A stretch of 46,408 nucleotides of DNA from a virus. Taxonomy: Duplodnaviria > Heunggongvirae > Uroviricota > Caudoviricetes. The position numbers and the translations under genes are program-made. Below, piece after piece: positions 1 through 8,442 of the stretch (the stretch's first letter is position 1; each line of letters opens with the position of its first letter). The DNA lies in IMG/VR virus record IMGVR_UViG_2740892219_000006, one strand, 5' to 3'. The notes beneath the pieces are model-generated. The model was given only the letters and a program-made list of their open reading frames with translations. It did no database searches and was not told the DNA's origin.

Positions 1-30
1 GCTTTTAGCAACAATCGCGGTTTAGAAAGT

Positions 31-585
31 ATGCAATATGGTTATGCGAGGGTGTCAACTTTTGACCAGAATTTGGAATTACAACTGGAGGCGCTCAGGA
101 GTTCAGGATGTGACCGGATTTTTGAAGATAAAATATCCGGTGCTAAATCAAAACGACCAGGACTTGATAAGCTACTGAAGGTGTTACGGCCGGGCGATAC
201 GGTTATTGTCTGGAAGCTGGACCGAATGGGGCGTTCTCTGATTCATCTTGTTGATTTACTAAACTATTTTTTATCAAACAACATTGAGTTTATTTCGATT
301 ACGGAAGGGATAAAAATTAGCACTTCAATTGGCCGCTTTGCCTACACGATGCTGAGTGCAGTCGCAGAGATGGAGCGGGAAAATATGATTGAGAGAACGC
401 GTGCAGGATTGGCGGTGGCAAGGGCTAACGGCAGGATAGGAGGACGCCGCTCAAAATTGGCACCAGAGCAATGGGAACAGATCGGAAGGCTTATTGCGAA
501 TGGTGTTTCACGTAAGCGGATAGCGATTATCTTCGATGTTACCTTATCCACGCTTTACCGCAGGTTTCCGGCTGGGAATCATTGA
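31..585 (+). CDS. Serine DNA invertase (Hin/Gin/Cin/Pin family)
   Basis: 184-aa ORF; N-terminal GYARVST catalytic-serine motif and overall resolvase/invertase pattern with C-terminal HTH; size typical of tail-fibre invertases. Confidence 0.9.
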   Translation: MQYGYARVSTFDQNLELQLEALRSSGCDRIFEDKISGAKSKRPGLDKLLKVLRPGDTVIVWKLDRMGRSLIHLVDLLNYFLSNNIEFISITEGIKISTSIGRFAYTMLSAVAEMERENMIERTRAGLAVARANGRIGGRRSKLAPEQWEQIGRLIANGVSRKRIAIIFDVTLSTLYRRFPAGNH

Positions 586-715
586 CTGGAGTTAGGCCAG
601 TAGTATGATGCTCGCAAAACGAGATCCAATTTAGATCCTTTTACTGGTGGATTATCGTTCGATCAGTGAGAGACTTCGTGCATGACCGAAAGTGTTGTGG
701 TAGAGTTCTCTTAAA

Positions 716-730
716 ACCACGTAACGTGGT
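716..730. promoter_or_regulatory. Operator-like palindrome ACCACGTAACGTGGT upstream of the repA leader
   Basis: Perfect 5-N5-5 inverted repeat lying between a possible -35 and a TATGAT -10 (731-736); same motif class as the sites between the divergent repressor and cro-like genes. Confidence 0.45.
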
Positions 731-780
731 TATGATTGTGGGTGTCTGGTTGGAAACTGACCAGATATGGAAACAAAAAG

Positions 781-806
781 CCCGCAGATAAATCTGCGGG
801 CTTCTT
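781..806 (-). terminator. Stem-loop with U-tract on the minus strand; possible terminator of a CopA-like antisense RNA
   Basis: GCCCGCAGA-TAAA-TCTGCGGGC hairpin; on the minus strand it is followed by CTTTTTGTTTCC; lies antisense to the repA leader as in IncFII copy control. Confidence 0.35.
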
Positions 807-897
807 GCGACATCCACGGAAAACCAACAACAATATCCATGGGCGCCTCGACAACTCCCATTATACGTTGGTTTTCCGTGGACGCAAGAGCGAACAT

Positions 898-1746
898 ATG
901 GATAGACCAATGCCGTCTCTACGTTCAGCTTACGTTTGTAATTTGTCGCCGGAGTTCCAGCCTCCAAAGCACCATACGCACAAGCTGCCGCTGGTGTTAT
1001 CTGATGCTTTACAGCGCATTAATGGGCGTGATCTTACGTGTGAGGTTGCGTTCTACGTTAATCAACCGTCAGAGCGGAAGCGCCGGATAAACGAGCATCG
1101 TCGTCGGGCGATTAATGCTGTGATCGCTGCGATTTTGCACCATGTAAACATCATTTCTAAGCGGGTTCTGGTTAGTGCTGAGGCGTTGGCTGATTTTTGC
1201 GGCCTGTCTACCGTATCCGAAGCTGGGAACAAGTCTATAACGCGCTGTACAAGGGCGTTGTCGCAACTGAAAGCGTTAGGTTTTATTGATTATGAACGTC
1301 GCTGGGATCGGGTGAATAAACAGTATTGGCCAGCGAAAATAGAGATTCGTGATCAACTGCTGGAAACCGTTGGTATTACTGAACAAGCATGGAGACGTGC
1401 GGTTAGCCAGAAACTTAATTACTTCAATGCGAAGAATAGCGAACGGCTTAAAAAAGCGATAACGGAGGCTGATTATAAGCGTATTGTTATTCAGGAGCAG
1501 ATGGAGAATGTATGGCGTCAGAGGAAGACGGCCAGAGAGATAAAGGCAAAACAGAAAGCAGCGGAGAGAGCTGCGCGTCTTGTTCGGGAAAAGGGAGAGG
1601 CCGAACTTCGTCATCAAATCACTAGAGAGGTTAGCCAGGAATTTGCTGATGGCATGTATCCTGGAGCTGACCTTGCATATTTACGATCCCTCGTTGAGCA
1701 GCGTTATAACAGGTTAAGAAAGACCTGGAAATCACTCCAACATTAA
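898..1746 (+). CDS. repA: Plasmid replication initiator RepA (IncFII RepA1-like)
   Basis: Translation contains SITRCTRALSQLKALGFIDYE and an HRRRAINAV block, recalled as matching IncFII RepA1 conserved regions; start placed at ATG 898 (about 283 aa) rather than the upstream alternative start of the ORF track. Confidence 0.75.
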   Translation: MDRPMPSLRSAYVCNLSPEFQPPKHHTHKLPLVLSDALQRINGRDLTCEVAFYVNQPSERKRRINEHRRRAINAVIAAILHHVNIISKRVLVSAEALADFCGLSTVSEAGNKSITRCTRALSQLKALGFIDYERRWDRVNKQYWPAKIEIRDQLLETVGITEQAWRRAVSQKLNYFNAKNSERLKKAITEADYKRIVIQEQMENVWRQRKTAREIKAKQKAAERAARLVREKGEAELRHQITREVSQEFADGMYPGADLAYLRSLVEQRYNRLRKTWKSLQH

Positions 1747-1749
1747 CCC

Positions 1750-2000
1750 TCCTGAATGATGAATCCGGTTTTACCGGAGGATTATCTACGTCGCAATAAA
1801 ATATCTGTTCAAAAAACAATCTGAATTAATTTTCTCTAAACCTGAACACAGCAAAAATATCGCCTTTACAGGCATCGGCTAATAAAGTTATCCACAGTTT
1901 TGATATGTATATGCAAATGGTTTTTTATAATAGATGCACTAAACAAATAAATGCAAAATCACTTTCTTTTATTAAGACTTTCTTTATTTAACTTACGCAG
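1750..2000. other. Putative plasmid replication origin: AT-rich tract with consensus DnaA box
   Basis: Strongly AT-rich region immediately downstream of repA; perfect TTATCCACA at 1888-1896. Confidence 0.45.
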
Positions 2001-2389
2001 GCTTTGCCTGTGAATATGTTCGCCCTTGCAGCGAGCTAAAGCTCGCGCCGGTTCGAGTCGCTACGCTCAAATATACCTCCTCCGGCACTTGCCGGAGGCA
2101 TGGAGCAGCCTGATCATCCTTTTCGAAACGGCGCGTTTCGAACTATACAAAATCAATTTATATAAGGCCGAAATAAGGCCTACGGCCGGGCTTTGCAGGA
2201 GGAAGGGGCGAGCCTTATCAATAAACGTCGATAAATACGCACACAGTAGCCATCAGAACGCGATAAAACGTAAGAAACATCATTTCCTATTAGACATAGA
2301 AAACTTATCTTATACGCAATGTAGTAAATTTCTATTGCCACATAGGAAAAGATTTCCTACCATCGTAGATATAATAAATGGAGATGGTT

Positions 2390-2677
2390 ATGGATAAAGA
2401 TACTGTTTTAAAAATGTTGAATCCGGCTTGTTTAAAAAAAGCGGATGAATGGGAATCTCCTACATGTGGAGAAGTTCGGGCAGTTATTGGCCTGACCGGA
2501 ATGAGCGGCTCGCAGTTGGCCAAAAAACTAGGCTTAAAAGATAGTCGCAATGTTCGCAACTGGCAGATGTTAAAGGAGTCCACATCCAGATCCAGCATTC
2601 CGTATGCAGCCTGGGCGCTGCTGTGTTACTTCGCTGGGTTAGGGTTAATCTTCATTGATGACAAAACAGATGTTTGA
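2390..2677 (+). CDS. XRE-family helix-turn-helix DNA-binding protein
   Basis: HTH-like segment LTGMSGSQLAKKLGLKDSRNVRNWQ; GGAG RBS before ATG 2390. Confidence 0.55.
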   Translation: MDKDTVLKMLNPACLKKADEWESPTCGEVRAVIGLTGMSGSQLAKKLGLKDSRNVRNWQMLKESTSRSSIPYAAWALLCYFAGLGLIFIDDKTDV

Positions 2678-2700
2678 AACATGCAAATATGAGGTTTGTT

Positions 2701-2964
2701 ATGGAACTTGTACGCAAAACACGCAAAGAGTTCTTGGACCTGTATCGCATGGGAGCTTTCACTTGTGTTGTGGCTACCCAGGACGAAGTGACAAAAAGCT
2801 GGCGGCTTTTTGCTCTCAATAAAAAAGGGATTGCCGTTTTCATTGAAAAAGCCCGTGGTGGTATCCGCGAATGGGCGGGATTGAATTATGTGGCTGATTT
2901 TTGCGCAGCTATGGGGATTCGTCGCTGGGAAGTCCATATGCCAGGAGTAAAGTCACAAAAATAG
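2701..2964 (+). CDS. Hypothetical protein (87 aa), co-oriented with the upstream HTH gene
   Basis: ORF with TGAGG RBS 7 nt upstream of ATG 2701; no recognised domain. Confidence 0.45.
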   Translation: MELVRKTRKEFLDLYRMGAFTCVVATQDEVTKSWRLFALNKKGIAVFIEKARGGIREWAGLNYVADFCAAMGIRRWEVHMPGVKSQK

Positions 2965-3140
2965 GGCTTTCGCGTCGAAAATGAGGCGAAACTGAAAACG
3001 AGATTTCATTAACAAATAAGCAACATAAAAAACGGTGGAAAACGCCCAGGAAAACATGATCTTTTGAGCGGATTTTTTAGATCCGACAATGAACGGTGAT
3101 CCGGTGGTGCCGATAACGTCCATTATGTTAAATAGCCCCG

Positions 3141-3200
3141 TTTTTCTTGAAATTATAACCTACGGGTTATATAGTTAGTGATATAAACTACAGGTTATAG
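3141..3200. promoter_or_regulatory. Tandem palindromic operators upstream of the toxin-antitoxin operon
   Basis: TATAACCTACGGGTTATA and ATAAACTACAGGTTAT, two related inverted repeats spaced about 40 bp apart just before the toxin start. Confidence 0.5.
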
Positions 3201-3208
3201 GATTGATC

Positions 3209-3556
3209 ATGTGGACGGTACTTTTTAGCCAGCGATTTGACGACTGGCTAAATGAGCAAGAAGACGCTCTTCAGGAAAAGGTTTTGGCTGATTTGAAAAA
3301 TCTACAGGTTTACGGACCTGAGTTACCCAGGCCATATGCCGATACCGTAAAAGGTTCTCGGTACAAAAATATGAAAGAGCTTCGCGTTCAGTTTTCTGGC
3401 CGTCCGATAAGAGCCTTTTATGCGTTCGATCCGATTCGCCGGGCCATCGTTCTTTGTGCAGGAGACAAAAGTAACGATAAGCGGTTTTATAAAAAACTGG
3501 TGCGTATAGCTGAGGATGAGTTTGCAGCACATCTGAACACACTGGAGAGCAAGTAA
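3209..3556 (+). CDS. RelE/ParE-superfamily toxin (HigB/Gp49-like)
   Basis: 115-aa protein with the pattern recalled for HigB-like toxins (RVQFSGRPIRAFYAFD...AIVLCAGDKSNDKRFYKK); toxin-first order followed by an overlapping XRE antitoxin. Confidence 0.75.
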   Translation: MWTVLFSQRFDDWLNEQEDALQEKVLADLKNLQVYGPELPRPYADTVKGSRYKNMKELRVQFSGRPIRAFYAFDPIRRAIVLCAGDKSNDKRFYKKLVRIAEDEFAAHLNTLESK

Positions 3557-3855
3557 TGAGAACATTAGATGAGGTGATTGCCAGCCGTTCACCGGAAAGC
3601 CAGGCGCGAATTAAAGAAATGGCAGATGAGATGATTCTTGAGGTCGGCTTGCAGATGATGCGTGAAGAACTCCAGTTATCACAAAAACAGGTTGCTGAAG
3701 CGATGGGTATAAGCCAGCCAGCAGTAACAAAGCTGGAGCAGCGCGGAAATGATTTAAAGCTGGCGACGTTAAAGCGTTACGTTGAAGCTATGGGAGGCAA
3801 ATTAAGCCTGGATGTTGAGCTTCCCACAGGAAAGCGAGTAGCGTTCCATGTCTAA
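3556..3855 (+). CDS. XRE-family HTH antitoxin (HigA-like)
   Basis: 99-aa protein with HTH LSQKQVAEAMGISQPAVTKLE; start overlaps the toxin stop (TAATG). Confidence 0.75.
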   Translation: MRTLDEVIASRSPESQARIKEMADEMILEVGLQMMREELQLSQKQVAEAMGISQPAVTKLEQRGNDLKLATLKRYVEAMGGKLSLDVELPTGKRVAFHV

Positions 3856-3862
3856 CATAATG

Positions 3863-3890
3863 TAAGGCCCCATTGGGGCCTTACTTATTT
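3863..3890. terminator. Hairpin terminator between convergent genes
   Basis: TAAGGCCCC-ATTG-GGGCCTTA stem-loop followed by a T-rich tract. Confidence 0.55.
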
Positions 3891-4173
3891 ACTTACCATT
3901 TTTGCGGTTTTTTTCGGACTTCATAAGCTGGCTAACGCGCCCTGGTGTGATATTTAACATGCGGCTTACTTCAGCTTGTGATCCTACTTCCTCTACTAGC
4001 GATGCAACATAGCGAGATTTTCCTGAGGAGGTTAATCCATTATATGTTGCTCGTGCGACTTTTCCCTGAGCTTCTCTCATATCAACTAATGCCTGAGCAA
4101 CCTGCTCAAAACCTTTAATTGTTACTTCTGTTAATGCTTGAATAGCATCAATTTCAGATTTTGGTTTAGCCAT
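3889..4173 (-). CDS. Small DNA-binding protein with C-terminal HTH
   Basis: 94 aa from ATG 4173 (GAGG RBS 8 nt upstream); C-terminal SRMLNITPGRVSQLMK resembles an HTH. Confidence 0.45.
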   Translation of the reverse strand: MAKPKSEIDAIQALTEVTIKGFEQVAQALVDMREAQGKVARATYNGLTSSGKSRYVASLVEEVGSQAEVSRMLNITPGRVSQLMKSEKNRKNGK

Positions 4174-4331
4174 TTGGTACCTCAAATTGTTTAAAATGTG
4201 TTAATTACAAAATTCAGCCGATACCATGTTCAATGGTATAGCATTGCTGAAATGTCTTTTTCAAGACCTTGCCAATAAGCTAAACAAAAATGTTTAATGC
4301 TTCGCCTAAAAAAACACCAGTCACTATTGTT

Positions 4332-4440
4332 TATATAATTATAGATTTATATAAAAAGTGCTTTACGGGTGGAAAAAAATTTCCTAAGGTTATACCCGAA
4401 ACCGAGCGATACCCGCCCTGGTTAAACCGGAGATAACCCG
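4332..4440 (+). promoter_or_regulatory. Conserved promoter/leader/RBS cassette, copy A (includes the AT-rich 22-bp motif)
   Basis: About 109 bp nearly identical to 14027-14134 and 21124-21233: AT-rich motif, TTTACG-N17-TAAGGT promoter-like hexamers, conserved leader and GGAG RBS directly before the ATG. Confidence 0.55.
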
Positions 4441-4821
4441 ATGAGCATGATTAAAATCCGCAAAAACGCTTTCCTTAAAATTCAAACTATCCTGGCTGGT
4501 TCTGTTGGCGTGATTTGCCGTTCTTCTTCAAGCCGCATCGATGACGGCTACGATGATGAGTATCGTGTGTCCTCGTGCGATGAGGCTTTAACCTGGCTGA
4601 AGGAGAATCAGGAACGTGCCCAGGTATATCTGGAAACAGAGAACGGCAATCAGATGCTGCGTATTAGCGGTCGTTATGGATTTGAAACTACATTCATGGC
4701 CTATTTTAATCAGGCTTACTTTGACAAGGAGTTGGCCTGGTACACTGATCGCATGAGCAAAAGCGAGCCAGCCCCGATTACACCGCCGAACAATAAACCA
4801 TTTTTATTCCTCGTTAAGTAA
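4441..4821 (+). CDS. Hypothetical protein (126 aa)
   Basis: ORF directly driven by cassette A; no recognised domain. Confidence 0.5.
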   Translation: MSMIKIRKNAFLKIQTILAGSVGVICRSSSSRIDDGYDDEYRVSSCDEALTWLKENQERAQVYLETENGNQMLRISGRYGFETTFMAYFNQAYFDKELAWYTDRMSKSEPAPITPPNNKPFLFLVK

Positions 4822-4884
4822 ACACAATGCGTAAAGTGTCATTTTGACACTTTGCGAGTGTTAATATTGTGCGAGGAGGGTGCT

Positions 4885-5157
4885 ATGACGGGTTATGAAT
4901 TGAAATTATGGCGTCGTGGGATGAACTGGACGCAGGAGCGAGCCGCCGAAGAATTTGGGATATCGTTGGCTACATATAAGCGATATGAGAAGGGGGAGCC
5001 GCCGAGGGTCATTGAGATGGCCATTCGCGTTCTGTCGTTTGACGATATGGTGAAGGATCTTTCACACCTTGATAAAGACGCGATTCTGTTAAGGCTGCAA
5101 ACCCTTGTATGGGAAAAGGTTAAAGTGTCGTCAGAATTGGAACAAGGGATCAAATGA
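4885..5157 (+). CDS. XRE-family HTH protein
   Basis: HTH-like LKLWRRGMNWTQERAAEEFGISLATYKRYE; GAGGAGGG RBS before ATG 4885. Confidence 0.5.
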   Translation: MTGYELKLWRRGMNWTQERAAEEFGISLATYKRYEKGEPPRVIEMAIRVLSFDDMVKDLSHLDKDAILLRLQTLVWEKVKVSSELEQGIK

Positions 5158-5205
5158 TCCTTTACGGATCGTTTTATGGTGGTGTAATGTAAGCGCCAGA
5201 AAGAC

Positions 5206-5231
5206 AAAAACCGCCTTGCCGGGCGGTTTTC
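5206..5231 (+). terminator. Intrinsic terminator-like hairpin
   Basis: AAAACCGCC-TTGCCG-GGCGGTTTT immediately after the 4885-5157 gene. Confidence 0.5.
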
Positions 5232-5924
5232 AGTCTGAAATTTAAATCTTGCTTGGTAGGCTGGATTTAAAAAGACACCTCTTGATTGGGGCGGCTTTCT
5301 TGCGTCTAAAGATAATCAAATCTTTTTGCGCCTGCAACCCCTTTTTTACTGGTGCCCATTTCAGACTCACGCTCGCGTCGTTGTCTTTGCCACTTCGTTG
5401 GGTTCGGTGTTTTTGGGCGAAGTGGCGCGCGGGTATGCGTACAAGGGGAAAGTGTGCTGACGCAAGCCAGGAACAGCGATCTAAACTAAGTCGAGTCTGA
5501 GAAAGGCAGGAGTGCGACAACTCGCCTGTGCTCTATGAGCAGAAGAAGGTATATCAGACGACCAATGGCATGATTGTGGGCCACAGGGCGCACACGGCGG
5601 CGAAGCATTGGAAACGATGTGGAGCTATCTGGTGGCATGAGTTCCGGTACTCGATCTCGAGCTTTTTTTGATGCTTTTGAGAAGGGGCCGGAACTCCGGT
5701 AAAGGGCACCCTGTATGGGGGGAGGGGGGGGTGTGTCTGAAGGGTGGTTATCGGTTATGGTGGAATTATGATGCGTAGAAAAGCGAGTTTGCTGCAAGCT
5801 ATTGGGTCCATTATTTCTTTGTTTCCGGCAGTTGATCATTTTCGTCATATGGCGACGCGTTCCAGTATGGGCTTGGCGCGTGATGCTGACGCTATTCGAA
5901 AGGATTTTCAGAACGTCTCTGGCG

Positions 5925-5962
5925 TTGATAAGAGAGAAAAGAGTAAGGGGCCGTAGCCCCTT
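5925..5962 (-). terminator. Intrinsic terminator downstream of the antirepressor gene (minus strand)
   Basis: AAGGGGC-CGTA-GCCCCTT hairpin followed on the minus strand by CTCTTTTCTCTCTT. Confidence 0.6.
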
Positions 5963-5966
5963 GTAG

Positions 5967-7112
5967 TTATGGTCTGCTTTTCTGTGCCAGCTTATCAGCA
6001 CATGTTTTTATCAGATCCTGTAGTGTCCTGGCTGGCAGGTTTGCATCCAGAACGCTGAGTATGCTGTTGTGATCAGCCTGGTCGACTACTTTGCCTGTCG
6101 GTGGTAGTAGCTTGAGCTGAGGATTCAGGTTTTCGTCAAAGCTGATAAGTGCTCTGGCGTTTCTGAGCAGATCAAGAAGTAAGGCTGATATCACATTTTC
6201 CTGAGTCATTGCTGGCAGATTTAGCGTCGCTTTGGTTTTCCCTGTTGCCTTGTCAAACTCCTTGATTAGTTCCTTCCTGTAGTTCGGTTCCGTTAATAGC
6301 CGATTATGCTCTGTTGCCGCGCGGATAATCGTTTTTTCCTGGTACAGTCGTTTAGCCAGATCGCGCTCGTACTGTGTTTTTAACACGCTGCTGATAGCGT
6401 TAAAGGCTTCAATGTAGGCCAGCTTGATATCCTTCACGCCTGGGCCGTCGATACTTTCCATGAGCAAGGTAAATCCGTCTTTTGTCATGCGATAGATTGT
6501 TATTTCGCGGTCGCTTCCTTCCAGCGGTCGTTGCTCTTTAAAGAAATGACGTGCCGCAGCCGTGCGAGGAATGCGTAGCGCATCGATGGCCATAACGATG
6601 GAATTGTTTGTGGTGCTGAATGCCTGGGCAACATCGGCTGAGGTTGTGAGTGGCTCGTTGTTGCACACCTTAATGTAAAACATCGGTTTGGCGTTGAGCG
6701 TATCGACAACCTCACGAGCATTGTTTGGCGAGACGGTAACGGTCGCGGCCGTTTGCGCGTTCTGGTTGAAGTAGCAGTCTTCCAGCCGTTCGAACACATC
6801 CCACGCTTGGTTAGTTTCAAGCATTTTGGCGTGACGTGCAGCCCCGCGTTCTGTCCAGAGGATGAGGGAGCGGACTTTAGGTGAAACTGGATTTTGTGAG
6901 TAGTTTAAAGCTACCCGCAATTCTTTAAGGTCATTACCAACAACTTTGAAAAAGTGTTTCCCTTCAACGAAACGTACTTTGTTCTCATGATGATTCTGGC
7001 GAATACGCACCGGCTCAGTGCCGTAAAGCTGTGCCAGTAACTCGGTAGTAATGACAGGGATTTGGTTATGCAGGATAGGCTGTAGGGTGTTAACGGTCGG
7101 AAGCGTTTTCAT
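5967..7112 (-). CDS. Phage antirepressor (ORF6N-type N-terminal domain plus Rha-like domain)
   Basis: 381 aa; N-terminal ELLAQLYGTEPVRIRQNHHENKVRFVEGKHFF is recalled as ORF6N/Ant-like; central region ITIYRMTKDGFTLLMESIDGPG..IKLAYIEAFN is recalled as Rha-like. Confidence 0.7.
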   Translation of the reverse strand: MKTLPTVNTLQPILHNQIPVITTELLAQLYGTEPVRIRQNHHENKVRFVEGKHFFKVVGNDLKELRVALNYSQNPVSPKVRSLILWTERGAARHAKMLETNQAWDVFERLEDCYFNQNAQTAATVTVSPNNAREVVDTLNAKPMFYIKVCNNEPLTTSADVAQAFSTTNNSIVMAIDALRIPRTAAARHFFKEQRPLEGSDREITIYRMTKDGFTLLMESIDGPGVKDIKLAYIEAFNAISSVLKTQYERDLAKRLYQEKTIIRAATEHNRLLTEPNYRKELIKEFDKATGKTKATLNLPAMTQENVISALLLDLLRNARALISFDENLNPQLKLLPPTGKVVDQADHNSILSVLDANLPARTLQDLIKTCADKLAQKSRP

Positions 7113-7300
7113 TTTGTACCTCCCATAACTACTTTGGTTACGAGGGAGATTTTTGCGTCAGAAACAGTGTTATCGTTGCTGGCGATGCGCATAGCTTCGC
7201 GCTCGATGATTTCAGCCAGGCGGAATTTATCGGCGTATGAGGCTTTCTTGAGAAGGATCTTTACGAGGTTGACGTAATAGTCATGGGGTAGGTTTGTCAT
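7109..7300 (-). CDS. Small protein (63 aa) translationally coupled to the antirepressor
   Basis: ATG 7300 with GGAGAT RBS; stop overlaps the antirepressor start. Confidence 0.45.
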   Translation of the reverse strand: MTNLPHDYYVNLVKILLKKASYADKFRLAEIIEREAMRIASNDNTVSDAKISLVTKVVMGGTK

Positions 7301-7594
7301 TGTGATATCTCCGATTAAAGGAACTATCACCACCAATGACGCCAATCAATATGGTGGTGAGACGTACAGGGTTGGCGTAACCGGCACAATGACAAACCCG
7401 GCGCGGATTTCTCCGCCCCCGCACGCCCCACCATAATTTGGGTGTAGCAGTGCTTTACGCATAAAAAAACCGCTAACGCGGTATGCGCCATTGTGCAATC
7501 GGGACGCCAATCCCGACCGTAGATTTTGCTACGGCTCGGAAAGTGTCCACCAATGGCGCATTCATGTCAATACGGCGGGATTTTAACAGAGACA

Positions 7595-7609
7595 ACCACA
7601 TAGCGTGGG
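7595..7609. promoter_or_regulatory. Operator-like site ACCACATAGCGTGGG upstream of the antirepressor operon
   Basis: 14/15 match to the ACCAC-N5-GTGGT palindrome. Confidence 0.35.
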
Positions 7610-7680
7610 TTTGAAAAACGGAATTTTCTGCTCATTAAGCGCATGATTTGACCAATCAAATTTGTTTGATACTGAATTTT

Positions 7681-7806
7681 GGGAATCTAATGTGAATGTA
7701 AGGAACCTTAACGTGAGTGTTGGGAACTTAACGTGATTTATTGTTGAAAAAAGTTGCTTTGCATCCAATTTTTTGGATATGATTTGAATGTAGGGAACTT
7801 CATTGT
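7681..7806. promoter_or_regulatory. Direct-repeat array (GGGAAC-TTAACGTGA-like, 3-4 copies) plus palindrome ATCCAATTTTTTGGAT in a putative promoter
   Basis: Repeats at about 7681, 7700, 7720 and 7790; the 16-bp palindrome at 7763-7778 sits between TTGCTT (-35-like) and TATGAT (-10-like). Confidence 0.45.
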
Positions 7807-7869
7807 ATTGGATGTGGTTTCTTTTGAGAATGGAAATTGGTAGTGAATTTAATGCAGAGGAGGTAAAAA

Positions 7870-8442
7870 ATGACTGAACTGTCAAAAAACTCATGTTTTT
7901 CAACAATTCACCTAATGATCATAAAAGAACTTAGGCTAGAAAGAGGTGTGCATCAAGGAGTGCTGGCCCAAGCGGCTGGAAAAACACCAAACGCATGGAC
8001 AAAGATAGAGAACGGGCAGTCTGTATTAACGGTTGATGCTCTTTTTGGTGCTTGCTCTGCCCTTAATATTAGCCCAATGAATTTCATGTTGTTGGTAGAA
8101 AAACTGATTCCCGAATTTAATCGCTGTGGTTACTACTTTTTCCCGGGAACAATCGATCAGGACGAGGATAACCTTTTGCCTCTGATGCTGAGTTACTTCA
8201 ACAGCAAGGGGTTTGAAGCATTGAGAAATAGGCCATTCGAAAGAATTAGCATTAGCTCAATGGGATTCTCATTTGGGGGCGGCTTCCCTGTTACTCCAAC
8301 TGCTGTAATGTATTGTTGCGATGAAGCATATAGACATTGGGTCGATAACGGTGCTGATATGGATAATCGAGATTATCTGGAGTCATCAACAGGTCTTGGA
8401 CGGTTTTTAATGAGTGAAGAAACAAAAAAACCGCCCTATTGA
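7870..8442 (+). CDS. XRE-HTH regulator with C-terminal domain of unknown function
   Basis: 190 aa; N-terminal HTH (LAQAAGKTPNAWTKIENGQ); unrecognised C-terminal about 110 aa; GAGGAGG RBS. Confidence 0.55.
   Translation: MTELSKNSCFSTIHLMIIKELRLERGVHQGVLAQAAGKTPNAWTKIENGQSVLTVDALFGACSALNISPMNFMLLVEKLIPEFNRCGYYFFPGTIDQDEDNLLPLMLSYFNSKGFEALRNRPFERISISSMGFSFGGGFPVTPTAVMYCCDEAYRHWVDNGADMDNRDYLESSTGLGRFLMSEETKKPPY

Noticed and set aside
736-897. N-terminal extension of repA from the upstream alternative start in the ORF track, and overlapping ORFs 641-967 (-) and 767-1090 (+)
   Set aside because: The conserved RepA blocks fall at the expected distance from ATG 898; the extension covers the operator, promoter and hairpin, so the upstream part is more likely leader/regulatory sequence, and the overlapping ORFs are frame shadows.
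2026-2397. 123-aa plus-strand ORF downstream of the origin
   Set aside because: It spans the palindrome cluster and AT-rich sequence, has no RBS and a composition unlike the neighbouring genes.
5486-6001. 171-aa minus-strand ORF with a PPPPP run
   Set aside because: The Pro run is a direct translation of the G-tract; composition is low-complexity, there is no RBS, and it overlaps the antirepressor terminator.
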